Shown piece by piece: positions 24,207-36,625 of a DNA stretch of 64,000 bases. The stretch is taken from positions 238,546 to 302,545 of the forward strand of contig NMRA01000254.1 in assembly GCA_002633005.1 (NCBI GenBank), read 5' to 3'. Each line of letters starts with the position of its first letter. Positions within the stretch are counted from its first letter, which is position 1. Origin of the DNA: Phoronis australis (taxonomy: Eukaryota; Animalia; Phoronida). The notes under the pieces are model-generated. The model made no database searches. It was not told the origin of the DNA and worked only from the letters and a program-made list of their open reading frames with translations. Made by a program: the position numbers and the translations under genes.

Positions 24207-26376
24207 TCGGTTAAATCACAATCAAGGTCCATTGACTGTGTTACGGTCTAAAATAAATTTTTTAGTCACCAAATGCCAACTGAATCTCGTATGCAAAGAG
24301 TTATTTAGTTGTGCAAATTAAAAAAAGAATAATCAAAATCGGACAATGTTTGAGAAATTTATGCATGTTTTTGTCTATGAATTTCATGCATTTTTACCAA
24401 TACGAGTGGCCATTTTAAAAATTGCTGTTTTCAACTGTCAACAGTGGAAAAAAAATTATTAAAAAAGCAATTGCTTTGATATGACTGGGAATAACTTGAG
24501 TCACTTTCAGAATCACTTAGATGAAGTTGTGCTTAATCATTGAGAAATGGTAGGGTTCATCATAGAACAGGCACTCGTTACGAAATTTGTAAATTCTGTG
24601 TTTCTAACCTTCACCTACTGTAAAGAAGGTTAAAAACTAAAGTTCACACTCTGTACTAAAAAGAACTGTCTAGGCAACACAGAAAATTATACAATATCTA
24701 AACAAACCAAAAGTTTGGATATTGACTGGGTTCTGTTATGTTGAAAATGGGCCAAAAACGCTAACAAAATGTAGTGTACGTACCCCCATGTGGAATTCAG
24801 TAACACAAATGGTCATTGCAAATGAAATTATTGCCTCTTAAATAACAAAATGGTGCTTATTATCACCAAAGAAAAATAAATGGCCATACAACATTACGTT
24901 ACCATGTGATGCAGAAACAGTGATGCAGTGTACGTACCCCCTTTTGTAGTGTACGTACCCCCATGTTTACAAATGCCACGAAATAAAAATATCACTTGGT
25001 AAGTGGGCAACATTGACCATAGGCAGTTTCCTTCCTTAAGAATGTTAGGTTAAAGGGTGTTTATTGCAAATACATTTGTTTTGAGTGAAATATGTAGCAC
25101 TTGTGTAGTGTACGTACCCCCATATTTTAATTAGTGCCTATTTTCAAAGTATGGCAGATAGGCACATGAATGCTGTGCTTTTTATTTTTTCTCTTTGAAT
25201 TGATTTAGTAAATCAACTAACACTCAGTAGATTCGTATTTTAGGTATTTATTATCATTTACAAACAATTACAAAAACAAACAAACAAATATCTCGTTTAA
25301 AGTAAACTAGCCGTTACCCGTGCGAAAGCACGGGTAGCAGCTAGTGGGAAACGCCAAGGGAAATACATGTAGATACTCCTAGGAGTGAACATTAATGCTC
25401 ATTGCAAGAGACGGAAATACTTCTTGAAAGGCCGTGTTCAAACAAGTCATTGAAATGTAGTGTACGTACCCCTGTGTAATGTACGTACCTTCAACCTCTG
25501 TGCTATAGTATTGCCCACGAGTATTTTTACATACTGCTGTTCCCATGAACAATAATGATATTTTCAGAATGCATGCAGTCTGACAAAAATGGATATTATT
25601 AAATTTGTGGGCAATAAAAAATGCCACACAGGACTTGGCTAGTAACATCCTAGAAGACACGTCATGTGACAACTGATGTTGCAGGGCAGGTTCTCTATCT
25701 CTCAAGACAACTTGCAACAAAACAACTAGTAGAGGCAGCACAAAACTCGAGATCACCCCATACATTTGTAACTTAGTCAAAATTTGACGTTGATTGACTG
25801 TACGTAGTGTACGTACCCCCCAACCAGTACCATTTTTTTCTGTTTACAAGTTGAACACTGGGCCTAGCATTGTTTTGACTATTTTGACCAAGTGCTGAAT
25901 GTGTTGAAAACTAGGTAAATAGCACCAGTAAAGTTTTTGGAACAAGTAGTTACTTGTCATTTTCTTTTTGTAAGAATCATATTGCAAGACGGAAAAAGTT
26001 CTCATTATACTGTGTTAATATATGCAATGTATCATCAACTAGAACAACTTGATCAGCACGGTAATAACTTTTCTTACTTTAGTTTGTGATACTTCTTCAA
26101 TTTGATCAATAACTTGTTTAATTAACAGCTACCTTATGAATTTATGCATGATAGAAGTGGGCAGTGACCACAAATTGTAGTGTACGTACCCTTTTATACA
26201 ACTGCGATGCATTAGGCCATAAAATTTTATTTGGTGGTTCTTGTGCAAAAATATTTTAGTTTATAAACCTGGAATGATGGTACTTTAAAATAACCCAGCT
26301 TTTACAGTTATATGACAACCTTCATTTTTCACGAAAAGTGGCCACCGAATATGGACCTTGATTGTGATTTGCACGA
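24207..26376. mobile_element. 2.2 kb non-autonomous DNA transposon with eight internal GTAGTGTACGTACCC motifs; superfamily unresolved
   Basis: perfect 20-bp IR aaatcacaatcaaggtccat (24213-24232) / atggaccttgattgtgattt (26351-26370); no clear TSD. Confidence 0.8.
25306..25345. mobile_element. Helitron-type 3' terminal hairpin plus CTAG
   Basis: actagccgt-tacccgtgc-gaaa-gcacgggta-gcagctagt. Confidence 0.6.
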
Positions 26377-29024
26377 CAGTGTTTAACCCCAAACCTCTGC
26401 TTCCTTGCAAATGCTAGACATGAGCCAACACTAAATTCTGACTCGGAAAAGGTGGTTCAAAAGTGTTGCAATCCAACTAGTATTTTTGCAATTATGGGTT
26501 ATTTGTGGGCTGCCTGAAATCGCTGCAGGTTTCTGAGTCGCTGCCTAGAATGCGACAATACTAATGGGTCCACCATTGTAAAGAAAAGTGTATCTTCAGC
26601 CGAGCTAGTGAACAGTTCTCATTCCCAACATGTTTACAAATACATGACAAACCAGATTAACTGAACCTATTAATTAAGTCGCTAAACCTGGCCTTTCCGA
26701 AATATTTAATTTCTACGAACTGCAAATTACCCGCAGGTACAGTCTAACTGCACAGTTCCACCTACCAACTCAGGCCAGTAGCCAGCATCGTTCGGAGGGT
26801 AGTTCGAATTTTTGAAACGGTGAACCTTTTGATCATACTTCGCAAACGTCGGCCATTTTTTCAGTAGCGCCCGTATGCAACTAAACTCGGTAGAAGGGAA
26901 ATCCGTATACACGACGAAGACTCTTGCCGGTTCCATTTTCTTGAGACAAGACGGAATCCGAGCAATGGCGATGCCATCACGGTTACTCGAAAAAAAAAAC
27001 GGGACCCAAATTCAGATGTAATGTGGTCCACAAAGTTCTCTTTCTGGGTTACTGATAAATGAGTGTTTAAACACCATCACATACGCTGACGGAAACATTT
27101 AGTGAGAGAGAATGACTTGAAGAAATTTTTGTCAGGTTGCTCATAGCGTTGGAAATCGGAACAGCCTGCTACTCCGCCAAAGGCATTTCTTCAAAGGTTC
27201 ATTACTCCGAAGATTCACTACCCCGAAAATGTATGACATTTCGGATTGAGATGTAATTTATGTACTTCCATATGCAAAAATACACATATCGGTTTAGACG
27301 CAGTGGCGTACCTGTATACTGAGAACAACGCCCGGGTATTAATAAACTTAAATTACTTGTTTGGGTTTCTTACGCATGCGAAAGTTTGCTTCTAAGCATT
27401 TCTTTTGAAAAAGGAGAATGAAATCAATGCGTTCTTGCATTTGAAAAGAATATGAAGTAGGAATATTGATGAACTATCAACCACGGTAGATTCACCAAAT
27501 TCATTTTAAAATCGCATCAATTCACAGCGCGCCTGAAAGTTAATCCGCAGTGCTTCAACCTCACCCACCGCGTCGGAAAGACGCGCATGGCCAGGTCGGA
27601 ACTAAAAGTTGTAGTTTACCCTATCCCTGCTTGTCTTCACCAAGTTAGAGAGCCACATCCACATGATCCAGTATTCTCAAATTTAAATTCGCCCGTAAGC
27701 CGCCGCAACCCTGAAATGGATTTAATATTCCCTTGCGGCCAGGTGCAGGTGTTGTCCCTGTTTGAAAACGAGTCGTTTATGATTCAAGAATCGCGATTGC
27801 AAATGATTGGAACTGAGCTCATGTGCAAGCAATGCAATCAATGTTTTATGAACTATTCAACTTTGGCTACTATATGGGCACAAAATCAATAATTTATGAA
27901 TTTTAGTTCCGCTTCATTAGTAGACATTCAAAAATAGTACTAAACTGTCGGACTTGTGAACATTTTTTTCACAATAGTGAACATTGGAAATCTTTTCCAT
28001 CAAGTTTGTTGCTCGTATGAGGTCTGCGAGGTTGTGCACCATCGACAGTAATTTAGAAGAGAAGACTTTTCTTCGTTGACCAAAGATTTTTGATAGTTCT
28101 GAGCCTATCTTTACCCAGAATAATGTGAACATGTTCGTCGGCGCGATTTTCTCATTGCAAGAACGGTTACCGTAGTGAAATGTCTGCTTTTCGAGCAAAA
28201 CAGATGGCTGCCTATTGAAGTTACGTGTACTGTATTTAAAAGAATGAAAACGCACACATCACATGCATATGAATCTATCAATAAACAACCGAAGCGTACA
28301 CTGGATGAACATTATATTCGACAATGACTTTCAATTCGAAAATTAAAAATGCCTGCACACCACTATATGCTGGCAACTATACCAAAAATTTAGGTAACAC
28401 ACCTATCTTCTGCTGTTTTGTTGGTTGATCGATTTTAAGCCATTCACACACTACGTTTTGGGGCCTCTCGCGGCATTTAGTTCTAGGCTCGTGTTAATCT
28501 ATGGTACAACAAAAACTCCCTCTTTATGGTCTCTGGGTACAGCGTGGCAGTCGGTGGCTTACGACTGTATGTAAAGTCGCCTGGGCGAACCTGTCATCTA
28601 CTGTAGTACGCAAACACATGGCCACATGGCAATTGCCGCCTTTTACGGCCCAAGTTATTACCTAAGGCGCCTGGCAGAACCAAATTTGAAATTATTAGCA
28701 ACTTGATTAACTTAGTAGTACCAGTAATAACTACAACAATTTTGTTGGAATTTTTGTTCATCTATATCCTATACGTAACAGATATGTACGGGCTGGACCT
28801 TTTCCGCGGGGAGGGTTCGATCGAACCCCCCCTGCAGCCTCCTGGTATTACTGGCCTGAGACTTCGTCGAAACTATATGTTGCATGAACAATTGCTGTCA
28901 TAGCGCACAAAAGATTTCGTTGGAGTAATCGGCACGAGACCTGCATATGCATACGTATATAGCTCCATTGTATGATCTGTGTAGGCCTACCGGTAATAAA
29001 TCTTAACTTGTTTGTCACTGCGGT

Positions 29025-29200
29025 TTCAATCCCCGGCGGTCATGTTCAGTCCCCGGCGGTCCTGTTTTCTGGTGGGTCGGTCATGTTTTTAGGTGCGCCG
29101 GTCAGTCGCATTTTCTGGTGCGACGGTCCCATTTGATTCCCGGAGGTCCTGTTTTAGATGAGTCGGTCCCATTTAAGAGGACAGGCGGTCATGTTGTTTC
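29025..29200. repeat. Minisatellite, unit about 21 bp with cggtc(a/c)tgttt core; similar degenerate array at about 38560-38730
   Basis: about 8 units. Confidence 0.7.
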
Positions 29201-32200
29201 TCACCCAGGGAACAAATTGTTGGTCATAGGTCCATGATGTAAATTGACATGCGTCATCTCAATTAAACAATTGTTCTGTGTTGCAAAAATCTTCACTGTA
29301 CTTAGCCGCTTGTTAAGTTTGATTATTGCATGTCTTCTAACACCAGCCAACTGGACGTACGACCATGTGACGTCATTGTAATTGCTATCGAGCGTAAACA
29401 ACTATTATGTAACTGGGACAAGCGCGTTGCTAACGAAGTTTTACATAAATGAAATTGACGACTAAGTACCATCCACTGGTATTTGACGAAGATTAATTTC
29501 TTCTTGAGCGAGCTAGGTGTAATAGTCGGATGTGAAGTCTTTTTGCGCTGGGGCAACGCGTGTAACTATTACTCCACTTATCGGCATTGACCGGTAGTTT
29601 GTTCTAGGTTAGCTTGCCCAGGCGCAAGCCGTAATGTCGACGCAAACCCCTTAACATTCGGAAGTAATTACCAGCAGCACGCTTCCTCAGTTACACGCAT
29701 AGCGGGGTTGTTGAACAAGTGTTGCACCATACTTGTTTCATGGTCTAGGGTGTGTAATGTGGACGCTTGGCTGAACTGGGACAAGCTGTTCCAGAGCATG
29801 TTGACCCGGGGTAACTCGTAGTGTGGACACGGTTGTAATTAGCGTTTTTGTAACAAACGCGTGTTCTTGCTACATTTTTTGACGTTGTCGTTTAAGGTTT
29901 TGTTACGCATTGGTCCAAGAAGTTCTAAATAAATATCATGAATCGGGTATTCATTTCACACTGGAGATGGGTTAATTGTGTCTACATGCATCACAAGCCG
30001 TGACCGCCACCAGTAAACTGACAAAATTATACCGACAAACGAGCTACAATATCAATGTCAAGGAAATATTACTTTATTTGATGATTTTAACCTTATTTAA
30101 TAAAAATCGTAAGCGAATGAAAATCACAAGCGTGCATGTTTCATGTACCACTTGACGACTGCGGTCTCTTTGTCCGCTTTGACGGAGGCACTGATACGCC
30201 GTAAAATTTCGATAGACTGCGTTAAAGCTAACTGCACTGTGTGTACGTATGCACCTTTGTCAAAATAGAACTTGCGAAGGCTGTGTTTACACTCGGTTCT
30301 CGAGTCCCGTTAGAACTGGGAATCCTTAGTTTGTAGGTCAACATTGCATCGCCTAAATTAAAAAAAAAAAACGCCATAAGTTCGCATAAAATCGTCACAT
30401 TTTTGGAAAATGTCAAATACAGCTCTCGCCTTATTGGCAATTCTACTTTTTCCGTCACTTTGACGGTCTCTATGAGCTTCGTCTTCTATTCGACCAAAAA
30501 TTTTTCGATTCTTCGACAAGAGATAAAAATATTCAAAACCACGAAGGCACACATGTACTTGTAAGTCTAAGCCAGCTGATTCACTCAGCATATGATCTGC
30601 ATGGGGAAACTAGAGAAAACCAATGCCAAGGGATTTGCTTAGGAAAATAGGCGCCATTTTTGATCCAATTGACAGATCACGCTTAAACCGCAATGTATGG
30701 TATCTAAAAGGGGAACTTCCCTAGAAATCAACAACTCCAAGTTATGAAATTCATATAAAATCCCTCCATGCAGTTTTACAGCAAACAAAGACGTTGGTTT
30801 CCGATGGTTCCTTCGGCAAAAGTCACCGTTGGTAACGACTGTTTGCGCGTAACCCATAGATGACAAATTTATAAGCCGCAAACTTAAAATATGGACATTT
30901 GTTAAAACTCGGCTTGTTTTAAGATTTAAATTGTCAGTTTCCAGCTTCATAAGTGATGGTGGCCCTGTTTTCTTTCTTCCTTTCGAATATGGCTATTCAG
31001 AAAATAACCGCATCCAGACCATGCTGTTTTGTGTGAGTTTACTGAAAGGCTCTTGTAGTTAATTCAGTCATGTCACCGCCTGAGTGTATTTCCGGGAAAT
31101 TCCCTCTGGAATTTTCCGACCAATGGTTTCAATGACCCCCAAAATACGATTGAGCATATTTCTAACATCCTGAACCGTCTGCTTTCGACATCGGACGTCC
31201 ATGCCACCTGGTCGGCATGCACAAATAGTGGGATTGTATTAAAAACCCCTCGACCCCCACACCCCTCGACACATGACGCCCGCGACTCACAACCCCCTTG
31301 ACCCACCACTAACATAACCCAAAGCCGGGTTCGGCTCCGTCAGGTTATCGACTTCTCTGGGTCTGTACACCAGCACAGCTAGCATCAGACTCAACCATAA
31401 GTTTCAAACGCACCATTAACAAGGTGTATATAATTGAACCAGGAACAACGCACCTTTCTGAGAGAAACGGCAGACGGACCTCCGATGGACCGAAAATAGA
31501 CCGATGCTGCTTTCGTCCCATAGCAGCGCAGGAATGTAGACGATGGACAGGAATCACGAACTATTTTTCGTTTTGACGATCAGAGGCCGGGAAGGTTGGC
31601 ACGCGATCTGTCACACGCTCTGTCTGCACAAGACCTGCTGTGCGGAGCCAGAGGGTGCACGAATGTGTTCGTCCGGTGGAACAATGTCTCATGCAACAAA
31701 ACTCAAAATTCGAATTTATTACATCAAGACATGGGGTGTGCAGCGCAGAATTAAGTGGGGACTATAGGCCCCCCAGGCCCCTATGGTGCGCCGCCCATGC
31801 AAGATTATTTTTCAAAAGGGGTAAAATGCATTTTAATTTTGAAAAATAGATTAGATTTTAAAATGGTTCCGATAAAAAGTTATGTTTCTGACCTCTTGTT
31901 CTCAACACTACACAGTTCCCACCCCTACATAAATGAAACTTGTTGCTGATAAACCTTTACAGAAAAGTCTTGTACATTTATTACTAATGCTTACTGCACT
32001 TGCACGTATGTCACAAGGACACATTTAAAACATACCAAAAGTAATGCTGTGCCAATTTTTTAAAAAATGTATGCCTGAAAGGCACTGTTTGTTAAAACAA
32101 AGCACTTTTCTTAAAGGTGTCTGCCACCCGATTTAATTAGTCTTTTTTACCGATTTAATCGGTCTATGATCCACATCGACTCTTTTACGCTCGACCCCAC

Positions 32201-32289
32201 CTTGCCGAGAGGTGTCGCGTTAACCTGTGAAGAAGGTGAGAAACGACACAGCGCCGTCAGTGGTTCATCTGCAGAGTGAATGCCGCTAT

Positions 32290-32545
32290 ATTGCGGTGCA
32301 TCGTTCCCACTTGTCCGAACTATGAAGCTGGGAAGAAAGCGCGTATATCATTTTTTCGAATTTCTCGAGAGCTCGAAATTCTTAGGAAGTGGCTCGCGAT
32401 AATGGAGAATGAAAAGTACCACGCTGTTAATAGCAAGTATGAGGCAGTGAAACGTCTCCGTGTCTGTCAGAGAAATCACTGTCGGACAGTGATTTCTCTG
32501 ACGAATTCGGTCTTACCAAAGAACTATCCATACGTTCCGTTGCCG
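32290..32545 (+). pseudogene. THAP zinc-finger remnant of a DNA transposon (possibly Kolobok-type, starting at TTAA-AGG near 32111)
   Basis: CIVPTCPN...ISFFRI...LRKW...LRVC, then frameshifted H...SDSDF; matches the C2CH THAP signature. Confidence 0.7.
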
Positions 32546-33700
32546 GTGAATGTTCACGGCGCCTCTCTAGTATTTCTTGATCAGTGTATTCCGGTTCGAA
32601 CTGATAGCCTGTGAAACCTAACGATCAGACCCGTGAAATCTTCCTCGGAGGAGCTCTCGACTAAATGGGGATTGGCGCCGGGCGAGTTGCCACGTAGACG
32701 ATTATTATTCTTCGAAATGCTTCAAAATGAATTATTCACACCCTAACCAATGCTTATATAAAACTGAACCAAAGTCTGTCTCATTAGATACAATATGTTA
32801 TGCTTTTGGAATATTCGTGAGTGCAAATGTTTTGAGAAGCCAGCAATTATAGCTGCGTTACCGGGTTTAGATGCAATAAAAGTAGTTGACAGGGCACCGA
32901 GGCCGTGTGAGCGCATGCTAATTCAGTGTTTGCTGAATGAAAGCTGCTGTGAAAGAGTAACTAGATTTTGTATGCTATGGTCACATGCTGAAGGGGAATC
33001 TTTATTTAAATATACAAATACATTATTCAAATCATTGTTACTGTATAACCTTTGCCCTGACGCTTCTGTTCGTGGAAGGGGAACCTGATTTCGCGGCCCC
33101 CGACAAGTGAGTAAGTAGATTTTCAGTTTCGTGGTTAGTTCACCTAAATAATTACGTGCACATTATTTCTTTGACTCAGTATTATTGTCTTTTCGTTACT
33201 GCAGGTTTAGTTTCCAACTTAAGCTGGTTTATGTAAAGTGATGTAAAGTCCCGGCGGCCGCGACGGGCCTGATCGGGTTCCGAGACAGTGGCGGGGAATA
33301 ACAAGCGTTTTGTGTGCTTAGAACTGAAAAAGCGCAAGTCTAAAAGTACAACACACAGCTCACGGAAGAAGGATTCGAATTTATCACCAAACAGACCCAA
33401 CATGCTATGAACATTCCCACTAAATAAAATTGGTTCTAACCCCGGTGTTTAAGGTAAACGGCGGGGTATGGAAAATTGAACTAGACCGTATTTATACACC
33501 TTGGCTGAGACGCGCTCGGCTCATGCTCAAAGGGATGCCGCCAAGCTGCTCTATTCATCGAGTCACGAGCGAGGATAATTGACTTCGCTCATGCGGATAT
33601 GATCAGCTGATTACAGTCTAGCCTAACAACTGTACTTTTTATGGAGAGAATTTTACGTAGTTTTTACTGTAATATTTGAAAAGAGGAGCGAAAACAAATA

Positions 33701-34056
33701 NNNNNNNNNNNNNNNNNNNNNNNNNNNNNNNNNNNNNNNNNNNNNNNNNNNNNNNNNNNNNNNNNNNNNNNNNNNNNNNNNNNNNNNNNNNNNNNNNNNN
33801 NNNNNNNNNNNNNNNNNNNNNNNNNNNNNNNNNNNNNNNNNNNNNNNNNNNNNNNNNNNNNNNNNNNNNNNNNNNNNNNNNNNNNNNNNNNNNNNNNNNN
33901 NNNNNNNNNNNNNNNNNNNNNNNNNNNNNNNNNNNNNNNNNNNNNNNNNNNNNNNNNNNNNNNNNNNNNNNNNNNNNNNNNNNNNNNNNNNNNNNNNNNN
34001 NNNNNNNNNNNNNNNNNNNNNNNNNNNNNNNNNNNNNNNNNNNNNNNNNNNNNNNN
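33701..34056. other. Assembly gap (356 N)
   Basis: run of N. Confidence 1.
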
Positions 34057-34737
34057 CCCGTGAAATGAATTTTTCTAAGCGTTTGTTTGAGCCAATACAG
34101 TATACAGCTTTCCACCAAGGCTAGGTGATGCAAGACATTATTACTTGTTCTTTGTTGCATTATAGTAACTGGTCTTGGCTAATTATCATTTTATGGCCTG
34201 GTCATCCATTCAGCCCAAAGTAGTTCCAGAGGTGGCTTATCAGCCAATTATTCACGCATGCTGACTCACAATAGAAGCCTGATAAGAGTGAAGGTGGATA
34301 AATGCGGTGTTCCTACAGTTTCTTGTTTTAGTGGATGTGTTCACGATCGACCACGGTAAATTGGCCTACCCGAACGTTGTAGGCTACGGTACTTTCAAAT
34401 ACCTATAAATCCGTAACAGTAAAATAAAACAACACGTTTGTATTTGTAAGGGGTTTTTATCGAATTTTGATAATTTAATGGTGCAAAACGATGAATTCAA
34501 GCGATTAAGTTGACACCAGTAAGCGTGTTGTGGACAGCTGAACAGACTGCGTTCGAACCGATTACATCATTGGCTAATTTCAACGAGTGATATTTTGCTT
34601 TGAGAAACCGCAGAGTGCCTCCATTGACTGAGACAATTGACGGGAAACAATTAGCTGCCCTCACCGCGTCACCTCGTAGAAGAAATGCAACTAATTCGAA
34701 CAGTTACGGGGCATGTACAACAGTAGAAAAAGGTTGT

Positions 34738-34819
34738 CTGTTGTGGATATTTAGAAGTTGACTTTATCCAAAAGGATACTGTTGTGGATATTTAGAAGTT
34801 GACTTTATCCAAAAGGATA
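34738..34819. repeat. Perfect 41-bp tandem duplication
   Basis: ctgttgtggatatttagaagttgactttatccaaaaggata x2. Confidence 0.95.
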
Positions 34820-36417
34820 CCACACCGGTTTTTAGTGACCTATTTTAGTATGTTAAAACATACTAAAAACGACTCGGTCCATTCAGCTCTGTGGAACAAA
34901 ACAATGCACCGTAACCTTCGACCAACCTCAAAAATTTTGTAAGAAATTTTGAAAACTCCGTTCAAAGTCTGCTAACCTTCCACATTTACTTGCTTGCAGA
35001 ATAATTCAGTGATTGTGGCCTTTGTTATAATCAGTCACGTACACTGCAGTGTTTTGCTACGTGACTTATTCCCTAGTAGGCATGCGTACTTGTTTGGTAA
35101 GTTTCCCTGTGCGTGATGTGTACATGTACAACGACAAAATACGTCATTAGACATGTCTTACCGCACAAAAATAATTGTTTGCATAAATGGTACAAAGGTG
35201 TGCACAGATTCCATGATCGTGACAACCATCATGGTTCCATGATCGTGACAACCATCAAAATTCCCTAAGTCCCATTAACGGACCAGCAAACACCAACTGC
35301 TACGTAAATCCCTAATGAGACCAATTTCGATTTGTACAACCAAGGTCGTCTTAAAAACATCATGGATTCCCGGACTCAGCAGTTCAGAGGGACCCCTGTT
35401 ATATCAACTAACTGTTTATAGCAAGAAAACACTAAAAAGCAGCATCAATATTTGACGATCACGGTTAAATGTTTGGACAGTATTAACTCATGGAGTGCTT
35501 TACAGAATGCAAGTTTAGCACGGAAATAAATCAGGCGGCATGACACCAGCATGATATTGCCCATTAGAACTGGTAATATAAGGTAAAAGCAGTTACTGTA
35601 GTAAAAATATTGCTTTTCTTACACCACACTGGTTAATATCACCGACTACGTAATTTTTTGATATTACACGGGCACATCATAAAGTAGTGCAAAGTAGAAA
35701 TCCATACGCCTTACATTTTATCGTCTGCAAAACACTAAAACAACCAAACGCGCGCCAACCAAACAATACCGGAATTCCGAGAAGGTGACAGAACGGGTGT
35801 CGTATACTGCAACCACTGCAGGCGTCTACTTTGGGAAGAGAACTTCTACTTGTGCGTGGCTTGTATAATGTAATACACTCAAGTTTCAGCTTTCTTAATA
35901 CATATCGAGTTTTTATGTCGTTGGAAAAGTTTTTCTTATACAAGCACTTCTCAACTTCAGATACATTGTATGTAAAAGAGTACACGAAGGCCGCAGCCGC
36001 TCAGCACTCATTTACTGTTGAGGCACGAAAGCAATCTGCTCCTCGGTAGACAACCACGGTGTTGTGGATTCGAAAATCATTTACAGTATTACATGTTTGG
36101 TTCTTCCCAATCCTAGGATAAAAACACTTCTAGTCTCACCAGGTACAGGTTGAGGTCATTATTGTGCCAAATGAACTTAATTTTCATTTTTAAAACGTCT
36201 TATTTTTGACACAGGGAATCGTCAATCCGGGTCTTTAATATGAACTTGCCAATTAGCCTAAGTTATTCTAAAGCAGAAGATTGATCGCGAATGGATGGGA
36301 AATTGTTAACGAAAGGCCGTCCATAATGGGTAAAAGGCTTTGGACTGATGATCAGTAAATTACATGTACGCAGATCTATTGGCAAATGATTTTATTATCG
36401 AGTTATTGAAAACCATG

Positions 36418-36625
36418 GTTTCCATGGACAATTAGTAGCTACGCAATAACGGGTCAAGGATTTCTTGCGTCACTACGATTTAGGTAGATGAAGAGAGATG
36501 TTGTTTTGTAATGTTACCGTTGTTGCCTAGGAGATGAGCGCTGCATGGGAATTTAAACGCATTTGTGTTACAGTGATACCGAATTGTGACAGCGAAAACT
36601 TTGGACGTCCCATCTAAAGGTAAGA
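36418..36625 (+). promoter_or_regulatory. Candidate RFX X-box promoter and short non-coding first exon of the opsin
   Basis: GTTTCCATGGACAA (36418), GTTGCCTAGGAGAT (36522), ATTTAAA (36551), donor AAG|GTAAGA (36619/36620); the opsin ATG exon starts with an acceptor. Confidence 0.3.

Noticed and set aside
24771-26192. Repeated 15-16 bp motif as a CRISPR-like array
   Set aside because: Repeats are too short, spacing is irregular (about 20-370 bp), the context is eukaryotic and there are no cas genes
27780-28255. Possible hAT transposase C-terminal remnant on the minus strand
   Set aside because: Only a faint resemblance to the dimerisation motif, with multiple stops; not supportable without an HMM search
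33639-34160. ORFs of 173 and 130 aa
   Set aside because: Artefacts of translating the N gap
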